A stretch of DNA of 64,000 bases, taken from contig NW_024704742.1 of assembly GCF_018977255.1 (NCBI RefSeq), positions 80,664,001 through 80,728,000 of the forward strand, given 5' to 3'. The notes under the pieces are model-generated. The model was not told the DNA's origin. It saw only the letters and a program-made list of their open reading frames with translations, and searched no databases. The stretch is from Callorhinchus milii (Eukaryota). The position numbers and the translations under genes are program-made. Below are positions 51,491-63,944 of the stretch, one piece after another (position 1 is the stretch's first letter; the number at the start of each line of letters is the position of its first letter).

Positions 51491-52712
51491 CTGAGACAGA
51501 CTATATTTAAGAATTTGACAATTTCTGGATCTTTGAAATGCTACATTAATATAATAAAGCTGGGCTCAAGTTTAATTTCTGACCATCAGAGGCATTATAT
51601 TTCAACACTACTCATTGGGAAATTGTCCTGCTCTTTGCTTTCAACGCAGTGCATTTGTGGTTGAAGCACTAATTCTGCTCCATTTTGTAAATTTACAGAA
51701 AAAGTTGCAATGCGCTTAAAAATACAATTTCACATGTATAATTCAATGTTATTCATGATTTTAAATTGCATTACAATAACTTATAAATGCAGAGCAACAA
51801 ACTACCTTAGTGAACAGAGCAGAATTTCACTTTGGCCATCTGAGTGAATTTATTCCATTAGGAAACAGAACAGAATAACCCAGGTAAGTTAAATAGTACA
51901 TATTTCTTATACTGGGACTGCGTAGGGAAGCTTTCACTGATGTTTCAAAGAAAACATTGAATTTAATGTAGTTAACATGAATTAATTTTTCATTGTAATT
52001 TTTTATTTGTATACTTTTGTTATAAAAAAGTGATGTAAATAGTCTTCTTTCTTACAGATATATTATAATTCGCACTTTGATAGGCTGAATTTACTATTTG
52101 CCATCACATGTATGGATTATCAAGGTCAGTCGCTAATGGATTTTTCCCATTTGCAATAATGCTCTGTGTAACTTACTAGAATTGCAGTCCATTCCTCTGT
52201 AAAGAAACATTACAATTTTCACTCAAGCATTAGTTGCTTTTAAAACTATTTTTAGACAGATAAAGAACTTTGACTATTTAGGATTATTCCTCTCTAAAAA
52301 GCCATTGTAACTGCATTATTCAGTGTAATGCAGTGTGTACCTACAAAATACAATCACTGCACTTTACAATAAATCCTGTGAAGCACTTTGAGACATCCTT
52401 TTGACATGAAAGTTGCTATATCAAACTTAAAGATTCTTCTTCTTCCTCTTATTCTTATTCTTATTACTTGTAATTGGGGCAAACACCTGTGGAGTGTATA
52501 TTATTTATTTTGTGAATGTTTGCAATTTTTAATTTTTTTAATCTAGTATAAAAATATGAAAAAGATACCAGACGTGATTGATAATGAAATTATGTTGCTG
52601 TTAATTGTTGCATTGTTTGTCTATGTTGCTGCTTTCTGACTTAGGAACATAGGAAAACAGGATAGGCAAGCGACCATTTAACCCACCAAGCCTGTTCCAT
52701 CAGTTTAGTAAA

Positions 52713-52832
52713 TCCTATAGCTCAGAGTTAGAGCACTCGCTTTACAAGCGAGAGACCTGGATTAGATTCCCTGCAGGGCGAAATGTTGAGCAAGTTTCCT
52801 TATTCCACACACCGCTGTTTACCTAGCAGTAA
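52713..52832 (+). mobile_element. tRNA-Ala SINE head with an alternative (CORE-like) continuation
   Basis: Same head up to TTCCACACACC, then GCTGTTTACCTAGCAGTAA instead of TAATAATAATCC. Confidence 0.7.
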
Positions 52833-53087
52833 GAAGAGAAAAGATATGGCTAAAGTAGAAATTTCAAATCAAGAGTGAAGGACTTGGGAAGAATCAAACA
52901 GAAACTAATCTTAATAGAACAGCTGCTGAAACAATCCAATACACCTTGCAGTTGCTGTAAATAGAATTCTACAAAGATTGTGCAGTGTGAACGCAGAGTG
53001 AAGATGATCTTCCTAGTAAAACCAAGTGAAAGACAATTGAATGCAGTAACTATTCTAAACAAATGCAAAATCTTCCCTGAATATTTA

Positions 53088-53322
53088 TAGAATCATAGAA
53101 TTATATAGCACAGAAGGAGGCCATTTGGCCCATCGTGCCCGTATTGGCTCTTTGAAAGAGCTATCCAAAGAATCCCACTCTCCCACTCTCTCCCCATAGC
53201 CTTGCAAATTTGTCCTCCCAAAATATCTATCCATTTCTCTCTTGATAGGTGTTATCTAATCTGCTTCCACCACCCTTTCAGGCAGTGCATTCCAGATCCA
53301 AACAACTCGCTGTGTGAAAAAA
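53088..53322 (-). mobile_element. CR1 3' end
   Basis: TAGAATCATAGAA tail; homology to 18951-19190. Confidence 0.88.
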
Positions 53323-53444
53323 ATTATCAAAGACTATTTTAGCTATTCAGGAATGCAGAGTAGCAGTAGCAATGCAGGTGATTTTCAGATCAATATTTTA
53401 ACACATACAAGCTATAACATGTGGCATTAAACACCAAACTAGTA

Positions 53445-53860
53445 TAGTAATAATAATCCTTTCATTTGATATAATGCCTTGACATGTTGTCAAGACATCT
53501 CAAAATGCTTCACAGGATTTCTTTTACTGTGTAGTGACTGTATTTTTGCAGTTGAAAGTGGTAGCCAATTTACACAGCAATGTTCCACAAACAGCCATGA
53601 CATCAATGAACAATTATATTGGGGTATCATTGGCCAAGAAACTGGGAGAATCTCCCTTCTCTTTTAGAGTTGTGCTATGGAATCTTTAACATCCACCTGA
53701 GCAGACAGATGGGACTTAGTTTAACGTATCATCTGAAGAATGGCACTTCATCAATATCGCACTCCCCAGCACTGCATTGGAATATCATCATAGACTGTGT
53801 CAAAAGTCCCAGTGACTCAAAGTCCCAACATGGGGCTGGCTTGAACCCACAATTCCAGAG
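53445..53860 (-). mobile_element. Deu-domain SINE
   Basis: ATCTTTAACATCCACCTGAG..TTTAACGTATCATCTGAAG. Confidence 0.75.
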
Positions 53861-55044
53861 ATATCAATGTCCAACAACAACAACAAATTGCATTTGTATA
53901 GCACCTTACACACCAGAAGGACATCTCAAAGCGCTGGAAAATCAAGGTTTGCACCCAAGTTGTGGGTTGAATTTGGAGTAGGAAAGATTTCTGAAGGGAC
54001 AGTCAACTGATTCAAGGACATGGATATCATTTAGGACTTTGACACTCCTAACTTGATCATATGAGGATTTGTGTACAGCACTTGCTCTCCAGGGTTTAAA
54101 AAAAATTTAAATAACCTTTTTGCCCCATTTGTTTAACTCTTCTTCATGTCAAGAATATTAAATTCCAGAAAGAAAAACAGACAGTTCTGTTTTCATGGCT
54201 CCCGAGTAATTGGCTTGTCGGGAATGATTGGCCTGCACTGAAAACACAAATGAATCAATCTCAACAACAATAAATTGTTTTATATAGCAATGCAGTTCCT
54301 ATATGACTCTGTACGCTTCTCTATCAGGCAATAGGCTTCTCCCGAAGACCTTTTTGAACTTCTACAGTATAGACTGACACTGGTGTAGACCTGAGGATAT
54401 GTGAATTGGTGGAGGTGCCTTCTATGGATGACATGCAGGTGGTCGTGTCTGCCTGTTCAGTTTAAGGATCTCATGGGATGATATGAAAGCAAAGGGATTC
54501 CTCCAAGTGTCTAACACTGACTAACAATCCCCCAAATAAAATTGGGAATACACTTCATAGCTGTTTGTGAGATATTGCTGTATGCAAATTAGCTGTCCCA
54601 TTCACCAATACAATATATAGCTTTACAGAATATCCTGTGAAGCTCTTTGAGGCACCCTACTGACATGAAGGTCTTATATCAAACGCAAGGATTAGTTTTG
54701 TTTTTGTGTTACAAATTTATAAATTATTTGGTTTATTGTTCATCCCACCCAGAATGTAATCCTGATGCTGATTTGAGGGAAAGCACGTGAATCTGGACCG
54801 GAAGTAAGAATGAAAAAGCAAGGAAGGAACGAAATTGCAGAGGACAATTCAATTTAATTAACATTGATGTTTGTTTTGAAATCCTTTTGTTCCTTGATTA
54901 CCTGTAAAATAAATACAAACAACGGACTATCAATGTCAGAAATCAGTCATGGCATGTCACCAGCAACGTTTGCCAATAAAATACAGTATCATGCACTTTT
55001 GCAATATGTCTAGTAATGCATCATTCTGTTCTTCCATTACTAGT

Positions 55045-55415
55045 GTCAGCCTGGCTTAATGGTCAGTAAGGTTGTAGGTTCAAGCCTTTTCTGTGCTGAC
55101 AGTCCAGTGCAGTGCTGGGGATGTGCTGCATTATTGGAGGTGCCGACTTTTGGATGAAACATTAAGCAAGGTCTTGGCTGAGTGTTCAGGTGGACTTTGA
55201 CGATCTCTTGACAGTATTCAAAAAGAGAAGGGAATTTCTCCCAGTATTCTGGCTAACAATCCCCCAAATAAAACTAATTATTGACTTCATCCTTGCAAAT
55301 TGGCTGCCAAATTCACCTATAAATACATAGTCACTACACCTCACAGTAAATCAGGGAAAGTACTTCGAGACATCTTTCCAATGTGAGAGCACTATATCAA
55401 ATGCAAAGATTATTC
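55045..55415 (+). mobile_element. Deu-domain SINE
   Basis: GGTTGTAGGTTCAAG head; TTGGAGGTGCCGACTTTTGGATGAAACATTAA core; tail. Confidence 0.75.
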
Positions 55416-56326
55416 TGTCTAGCAAGCTTTCCCACTGCTTGTCTAGCTAGGCCTACTCTACCCATTAGGCTTTGGCTTTCAGGCTTAAAAGGAGCGGAGT
55501 GGGATCACTCGCTGCCTCCAGTGACTGGTCTACTCTTCCAGATCCTGCTGATGAGCAATGCTGGCTGTGCTATCATCAGCAGTGCCCTGGAATACTTTGG
55601 ATCCACTTGGCCAGGAACTGCACTTCACAGAGGGCTCTGACGCGATTCCAACATTCCGTTGCCAGAACTCATTTAACTCTCTCCCCCCCTCCCCCCGCCC
55701 GCCCCCCCCCCCGGAGGATATGCAAAGATTATTATTATCACTACATTACTCATTACTACCTTCTACCATTGCTGTTTATAAGGCTTCATCACGCTGCTAT
55801 CCTGTTATTTGAATAGCTTCAATTTCCAGAATTAAACCATTGACTCAAACAAGCTCTCCATTCCTCAAAGTTAAGGTTCAGAATGAAACACTGTCAGTTT
55901 TTGTTGCCTGATTACGTTAATCTGTAAAATTCTTACCTTTACATTTGGTTAAAAAATTGCCCATTTTATTGTTCATAAAACATTGTAGAGATTTACCCAC
56001 CCTTACTGATCAATTCCCTGTGGACAAGGAAACATTCTTAGCTAGTTTGAATTCTTTACTTATCACTGCCTCTTTGGGTAAAAACATATTCGCCTGAAAA
56101 TGCACAGTCACTGCACTAACAGTAAATCCTGTTAAGTGCTTTGCGATGTCCTTCCAATGCGAAAGGCACTATACCAAATGCAAAGATTATTATTAATCCC
56201 ATTCCTTGCGGTATCAATACCACATATAGAAGAAACTCTTCAGTTTTAGATTTGATGTTCTGGTGTTGATGTTAGGTGACAAAATGCAGAAATGCTGACA
56301 TCTCACACCCCTCACCCTGATAAGTG

Positions 56327-56478
56327 CAAAATATATCAAAGAAACTTTAAATATAAAGGATGACCTCAGCATAACTGAGGATAACCTTAAAAAAACAAAT
56401 AACTACAAAACATATCAAAGAAAATATAAATGTAAAGGACGACCTCAGTATAACTGAGGATAACCTTAATAAAACAAT
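56327..56478. repeat. 79-bp tandem duplication containing a hairpin
   Basis: CCTCAG-YATAA-CTGAGG at 56364 and 56443; the flanks are duplicated with the same period. Confidence 0.9.
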
Positions 56479-57079
56479 TTCACAGCTACTGCAAAACAAT
56501 GACCAAACCAATGCAAGCACCCACCTAAGCACATTCTACTCCATTAAAGTTTTATTTTCCATGCTCGAAAACTCAGCAGGTTCCCCTGCACATCCCTATG
56601 TATCTTCAAAGGAAATAGATTAATTTTACCTTCCCCAAGTGTTTGACATTTTGAAAAAANTTATGTCTAGCAAATGTACACCTACATGAAAGAATGCAAT
56701 CAGTAAACAGGCTATACTGGAAATGCCAGTTCCACTTAGTTGGTGTCAACATTATTGCAACCTACAGGAATAATTCATGTGTAGAGTTTGCCACTGAAGT
56801 ACACAAAAGAACAAGGCTAGCAATGGAACCTGACCGTACTGTGGCAGGCAATGGAGGACGGTTGACCAGTAGATTGCCTCATCCTTCAATTAACCTCCTA
56901 GTACAGGGGTATCCCAGTGCATCACAGGTTGTCATTCATTATCAGTAATCCACAGCAGTGTGCAGTAAACTGAATTCTAATCTTAAAATGGCCCTGTATT
57001 GGACTGACTCTCATGCTGCACCAAATGCCTCAATATGACATTTTGGAAAGTTCCATATCTTTCTAACACAAGGAATACT

Positions 57080-59270
57080 ACAACAACAACAACAACAACT
57101 TGCAATATAGTACCCTCCAGGCAATGCGGCATCTCAGGGAGCTTATCAATGGCTGAGCCCAAGGCTGAGCCAGAGGGTGGTGGAATATGTCCGTAGGCGC
57201 GGTTGAAGAGGAAAATCTTCAAGCGCAACCTGAAGATGAGGAAAGAGGGGATGAGGTGAAGGGGTTGAGGGAGGGAGTTCCAAAGTTTCGGGGCGTATCA
57301 GTTGAAGGTACAACCATCGATGGTGGAGCGGGGATTCGGGGGACACGGAGGAGGCCGGACCCAGTAGAGCGGAGGCAGCAGGTACTGCTGTGGGGAGAGA
57401 GGGTGTTAGAGAGATAGGGGGGGGTGCCAAGGAATGTAGGGATTTAAACACTAAAGTGAGGATCTTGAAGTCAATCCGCTCTGTGACAGGGAGTCAGTGG
57501 AGTTTGGCAAGGACTGGGGTAATCGCAGTGTGGAGTTTGGTGCGGGTGAGAATGCGGGAGGCGGAGTTTTGAATGAGCTGAATTTTGTGAATAGTGGAGG
57601 AGGGGAGACCGGCAAGGAGGGGATTAGAGTAGTCCAGCTGAGAGGTGACAAAGGCATGGAAAAGGGTTTCGGCAGCTTTTGGGGTGAGGTATTGTCGGAG
57701 ATAGGCAACGTGGTGAAGGTGGAGGAAAGCGGTGCTGGTCAAGGACCAGATGTGGGGGAGGAAGGATAACTGGGGATTGAACCTGATGACTAAGTTGCAC
57801 ATGGGTTCAGAGAATTTTAAGGACAGGTCTGGTTGGTTAAAGAGGTCGGAACCGTGGGACAGAAGACGTCAATGGAAGCGAAAGAGTATGGCTTCCATCT
57901 TGCTGACGTTTAACTGCTGGAAATTTGCATTCATCCAGTTCCTGATGTCTGACAGACAAGCTGAGAGAACATCAGGGGACTGGGGATCGCAGCTGGAGGT
58001 GGAAAAATAGTGTTCAGTGTCCACATACATTTGGAAGTTAACCCCGTGTCTACGGTTGACAGCACCGAGAGGGAGCATACAGATGAGGAAGAGAAAGGGG
58101 CCAAGGATGGATTCTTGGGGTAACCCACAGGTGACTGTGTGGAAGCGAGAAGAAAAGCCATTTGCAGAAATGTAGTGCTGACGGTTTGTAAGGTAGAACT
58201 CAAACAAACGAATGCAGTCCCACTGAGGTGGATGATGGATAACAGACAGTGGAGGAGGATGACGTGGTTGACTGTGTCGAACATGGCGGAGAGATCCAAG
58301 AGGACGAGGAGGCAGAGGGAGCCCTGGTCACAGATAGAGAGGATATCATTTGTGACCTTCATGAGTGTTGTCTCTGTACTGTGGGCAGGGCGGAAACCGG
58401 ACTGGAGGGGTTCGAGTAGGGTGTAGAGGGAGAGGTGTGCACGAAGTTGGTTGGCAACAATGCATTCCAAAGCTTTGGCAAGGAAGGCCAGGTTTGCGAT
58501 AGGACAGTAGTGGCCGAGGTTGGAGGAATTAATGGTAGGTTTTTTAAGGAGGCGGGTGTTGACCGCGGTTTTGAGGGTGAGTGGGACTAATCCTGGGGAG
58601 AGAAACTGGTTAATAGTGTCTGCCAGCAGTGAGCAGTGGAGGGGAAGCTGGGTGATCAGCAGTTGAGTGGGGAGGGGGTCGAGGCAGCAGGTGGTGGGTT
58701 TCATTGTGGTGATGGTGGATCAGAGGGAGGAAGGAGTGATGAGGGCAAATGAATGTAGGATGGGGGCCGTGGTAGGAGCTGAGGTCAGGGTGGGTGAGGG
58801 AGATGGAATGGGGGCGGTGGTAGGTAACACGGGGTAGAAAGATAAAGCTGCTAGGCTGATGTTGTCAGTTTTAGAGGTAAGGAAGTCCATGACCTCTTCA
58901 CACTTGGCGTTAGATGTGATGATTGAGATTGCTTGAAGTGGCGCATGGAGGAGGTGGTGGGCAGTGGGAAAAATAATTTTGGAGTTATTGTTGGCCTCCA
59001 TTATGATGTTTCAGTAGTGTGCATTATTTGCTTGCGAACAGGAAATGGCAGTGGGTGTGAAGATGCTCGAGCCACAGCTGGTGATGAACCATGAACCAGC
59101 TGTTTTTCTGCCATCTGCACTCGAGCAGCCAGGTGTGGGATTTTAGGGAGCAGAAATGGCAGTTGTACTTGGGGCATCAGGTGGGTTTGGAGACAGTCCT
59201 GGATTTCAGAGGGACGAGGGAGTTGAAGCTTGATGGCTGCTTCAGGGTCGCTGCGGGTGGACCCTGTGAT
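57080..59270 (-). mobile_element. Long degraded L2 with a variant tail
   Basis: [49 protein letters not shown]; (TTG)n tail. Confidence 0.95.
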
Positions 59271-59661
59271 ACACTTTGAGATGTTCATCATCCTTTGTGA
59301 AAAGTGTGATATAAGTGCAAAATGCTGTTGTTGAGTATCTCCACTTTTAAGTAAAGCTACTGTACTGCCACAAAGCTGTTTGTGTACAAATACTTAATCA
59401 CTACCTGTTGTAATAAATCCTGTAAGGTTTTATTGGAAAAGATGCTATATCAAATGCAAAGATTATTATTTTATTATAAAATATTTGATTCTTTTTTGAA
59501 GTCCCACAATAATCAACACTGATTAAAAAACTAAAGTAAGAATCTGTATTTCACTTATCCTGCAATCCTTTTGTATCACTTGAGAGGTGAGCAGGTCTCA
59601 CTGGTGGCCAGAGTCATATTAATATAGGTATGTAAGATTTTAATTCATTTGCTGAACAATA

Positions 59662-59840
59662 TGATTCCAGTGACCCCTGCTGGACATGTTGAATGTGTGT
59701 GTTTAACTGTCTGTGTGTGTGTGTTGGGGTGGGGTGAGAGGGAGGGGAATTGGATGAGAACAGTATCAGTTGAATAGGATACTTTCACGCACTACCAATG
59801 CCACTGCACATGAAGAATGGCCACTTGGTTGAGGTGCCTG
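59662..59840 (+). mobile_element. Ancient SINE fragment (AmnSINE2-like 3' half)
   Basis: TCCAGTGACCCCTGCTGGA..CACATGAAGAATGGCCACTTGG match recalled consensus blocks. Confidence 0.45.
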
Positions 59841-62800
59841 CTCCTCTTCAATGCATCAGAACACCGCCAGCACCTCCTGCCCTTAGGAGGAAGGTGGGAG
59901 ACAAGAGATGAAAACAAGTATAAAGAAAAATACAAATAGGGGGAGGGGAATTGCACAATTGGTGGTAGGGAGGTCATTTGGGGATAGGGAATGTTCCCTC
60001 ACAAAAGTAAGCTCTGATCTATTCCATCGAACGAGGAGCAGGTTTTATAACAATAACATAACAATCTTTGCATTTGATATAGCATCTTTGCCATTGGGTG
60101 AATGCTTTACAGGATTTACTGCAATGTGCAGTGACTATGTATTTATACGCAAACAGCTTTGTGGTGGTAGCATAGCCATCTAATCCTGAGAGGAGACTTA
60201 GAGAAAATCAATGAGTAATGAGCCCAGGAATCCCAAGGGCAGGTAGTGTTACCTCTTCTCCTCAGTGTAGCTAAGAATCACATTGGGTCAATTGCCGAGG
60301 CAGTTTCCTTTCACCTTTGGAATATTTCTCACTTATGCCCTTTCCTCAACCACACTACCGCTTAGGCCCTCATCCATGCATTCATGAAGAATAGCCCTGA
60401 GTCATCATATTCTCGTCTCCTAGAACTCTCTTCCAAAATCTCTTTGTCTTCCTCCCTCTTCTCAATGTATTAAAACAAATCTTAAAAAACACATGATCTT
60501 TGAACCATGCCTTTGAGCAACATCTTAAATTGCCTCATTTCGCTGCTCATTGTGAACCAATGCATTTGTCAAACATTATTTTTTCATGAAAGTTACCATA
60601 AATTAAATTTGTTTTGGGTAAGGTTTCTCTAAAACCTTGCAGAACAGCATCACACACGGTAGCTGACATGAATAAGAAGCACAACTCTTTGAAGCTGTTC
60701 ACCAACATGTATCTTAAAAGTCACTGGAATATAATTAGAGAAGTAACACCTTTCTAATTGGAAAATGTTGCATCCTAGTTCCAGGCTTAACAGTACAATT
60801 AAAGTACAGATACAATAGCTCTTTTTGCACTTCCTCAACGTAAAGCCATCAAGAATTTATCTGCTCTCAGCAGCTGTTAACAACAGTGCAGATGGAAACA
60901 ATACAGAATGTTTCTTCTCCCATTGGTACGAATCTGCATGGCTCGCAAACTTTTCAAGCCTGGTATTGCAATAGAGTCTTTATCTCAGTTTATTCATTGA
61001 GAAATTAATGATTCTTGCTAGCTGAGGGTAGGAGGGGCTGGGAATCTGCTGGTCTCTATATAATTGCATTGTAAATTCACTGAAATGCAACAACAAAAGA
61101 ATGAACAGGAACAAAATCATGCAGAATGTTCTTTGTGTAAGACATCCTAACATACACTAACATTTTACTCCGATCTTTAACAAATACCAATATTATGATA
61201 ATTTGCACATTAGATGATGACAGTATCATATTTCATTAGTATTGTTGCTTCATTGCTTCATTACTTTATAAAGAACGTTTACTGGATTGTTAGCAACTGA
61301 GAGTTAAGCACTGCAAGTGCTGCTTGTGTTCAGGGATGGCTTCTTGCATTGTCTATTCAGACAATCTGATTTGTTCAATGTAAATCAGGGTATATCAGTG
61401 GGGGAGATATTGACAAAGAAACTGCGGTGACATTAATTGATCCCTGTACTGTGATCAGTCTGCAATTACATTAAGTTCTATCACAAAGATTGAACACAAA
61501 CTCATTATAATACACACAATTTAGTGAGCAAATGTGCAGCTGGGATACAGAAGTGCACAATGGACATACCTATGTGTACTGAATGGTAAGAGTGCATCTC
61601 ACTGTGCTCATACCTCAAATTACAAGAGCAATAAAACAGGCAATCAAAAGTCCATGGAACCCATGTTCCTCCTTATCTTTCTCCTTGGACCTGTGTGACT
61701 ATTACCCCTGAGCATTGTCACTTGCTCAGAAACTTGGAGACAATGCAGCGAGAGATGGTAAAATTACACCAGTGGTACAACTGCAGTAGTTTCAGGCAAA
61801 TGTCGGCTTGTATAGTATTTCTGTAATATTGGGCTGAACGCTGCAAGCTGCGATGCATTAAAGGATCCCAGGGGAAGAATAATCATTTGTATTTGTGAGG
61901 GAAAAAAACTCCTACCGTTCATAATACCCTTGCAGAGGTAAGAAAACAAGAACCTCTAACTCACGGTTTACCATTCTATTTTTTCTGTTGCTATAGAAAT
62001 CCTATTTGAAAAGCCCTGTGCCATTTTTCTTATGTTTTTGTAGCACTGAAAGCTAAACATTCCACTTGCAATCAGCCCGTAAATCCATTTTGTCCTAATG
62101 TTTAAGGCAATCAAAATTGTGAAAAATTCCTAAATTCAGTCTGAATTTGGAAACTCATTTTCTGCATTCAGCATCGAAATTAAGACTGAATTTAAGAATT
62201 TTTCACAATCTGTGCCATCTTAAAGTTTAAGACAAAATATTTTTTACTGGCTAAGAATGCGATTTTGACAAGTTATTTTTTTTATATATTGGTTAACGCT
62301 ATATTAAAACAACTAGCAACAGCATTAATAAATAATAATCATAATACAAATAATAATTCACATCAGGAGGACCCTTCAAAGTGCTTCGCAGGAATTTCTG
62401 TAAAGTGCAGTACCTATTTATTTTGTAGGCATTCCCCTGGTATTAAACAGAGCTCAGTTTAGGGCTGCATATAACAGCGATTGGTTTTCTGTTATTATAA
62501 CATACATGAAGGTAAAAAGAAGTTAAAGGTCTGAGGTTAAAGACATTTTACAGAAATAGTTGTATTTGTATATTGCTGCAGTCTTTATCTCAGTTTGCCC
62601 ATTGAGAAATTAATTGTTCTTGCCAGTTGTAGACGAGAGAGTCTGGGGATCCACAACTCTATGTAATATCCAAGAACAAATATTTATTATGGGAACAATT
62701 TCTTAAATATTTTCCTGAAATGTCACAACTCTGAAAATAAATGTACTTATTCTATTGGACCTTTTTCTCTATATGTACACTGAAGATGTATGTCTTGCAT

Positions 62801-62845
62801 TCTTTTTGGTTGGGGAGTGAAAAGGGTAAATTGTTCAATACCTAG

Positions 62846-63825
62846 TGCTTCTTGTGTGATACCATAAATACGTCTGTAAACAGGTGGAAAAATTACTAGT
62901 ATACTGCTTACTAAATAATCATTATGCAAGGAAATGCAGAAATAGACAACAAAGGCCCCAAATGAACAAAGGATGGAAAACAATAGAGAGGTCACAAAAG
63001 AGAAGAATACCAGGAAGAAGGGAATACAAAGGAAAAGTAAATATCCGGGAACCAAGATTGCACAAATGCAGTCAAGGCAAGATGAATTGTTGGGCAGCTC
63101 GGATGTGGAATCCACTATTAGTGATAAGAAAGAAGAATACAATATTAATCCGATGAGCTTCATAGAGAAATCTGACACAGAAAAAAGGGAAGAGAAAGAA
63201 AGGATAGTACTGCTAAGGTGCACAAAAGGGAAAAAAAAACACAATGTAAATTACACACAGAAGTATAGGAACGTGTGATGACATTAGAAGAGTATTTAAG
63301 GCTGTGAGAACCAGGAAGATAAGATAAAAACTGGAAATTGATTTTCAATTGAGACAGTAGGAATAGAAGCAAAGCAAAAAAAAGATTATATAAAATACAA
63401 TTCACATAGTAAAAGGGAAGGCGGATACCCTGCTGGGACTTCAAGACATAATTGAAATCGGATTGTTGAAAGGAATACAAAATGTGAAGGAAGAAAATAA
63501 ACAATTAGAACAGGGGAAATAGTGAAAAAACACAAACCATTTTTATAGGGAAAGAGGATTAATGAAGGGGAGAATGAGAAAGCTAATAGAAACACACAAT
63601 CCTGTAATACGACCCCTAAGAAGAGTGCCAGAAGTCATCAAAGAAAGACTAAGAAACACATTAAAAAAATGGAAATGGAGAAAGTCATTAAGGTAGAAAA
63701 AAGCTACTGACTGAAAAAGTGCAATAGTGATTGTAGAAAAGCCAGGCAAATCATTAAGTATATGTTTAGACCCAAAGCAACTAAACCGGAATTCTAAGAG
63801 AATAGTATACATTACCTATTCTTGA
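62846..63825 (+). mobile_element. Decayed Ty3/Gypsy gag-protease-RT fragment
   Basis: CFLC/HKYVC..CLLNNHYARKC knuckles; IHIVKGKADTLLG protease end; PVIRPLRRVPEVIKERL/MEMEKVIKVEKATD*KSAIVIVEKPGKSLSICLDPKQLN RT start. Confidence 0.85.
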
Positions 63826-63944
63826 AGGTATACATGCAATGTTGCATGGAGCAAAATGCTTCTCAACACTAGATTGTTCCTTGGATTCTTGGTAAGGTTA
63901 GTTGACAAAGTAGTGCATACTTAACAACGTTCTTAACACCATTT

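Noticed and set aside
56348..56477. CRISPR-like palindromic repeat with spacer
   Set aside because: Only two units, the apparent spacer is part of the 79-bp duplication, there are no cas genes, and the context is vertebrate.
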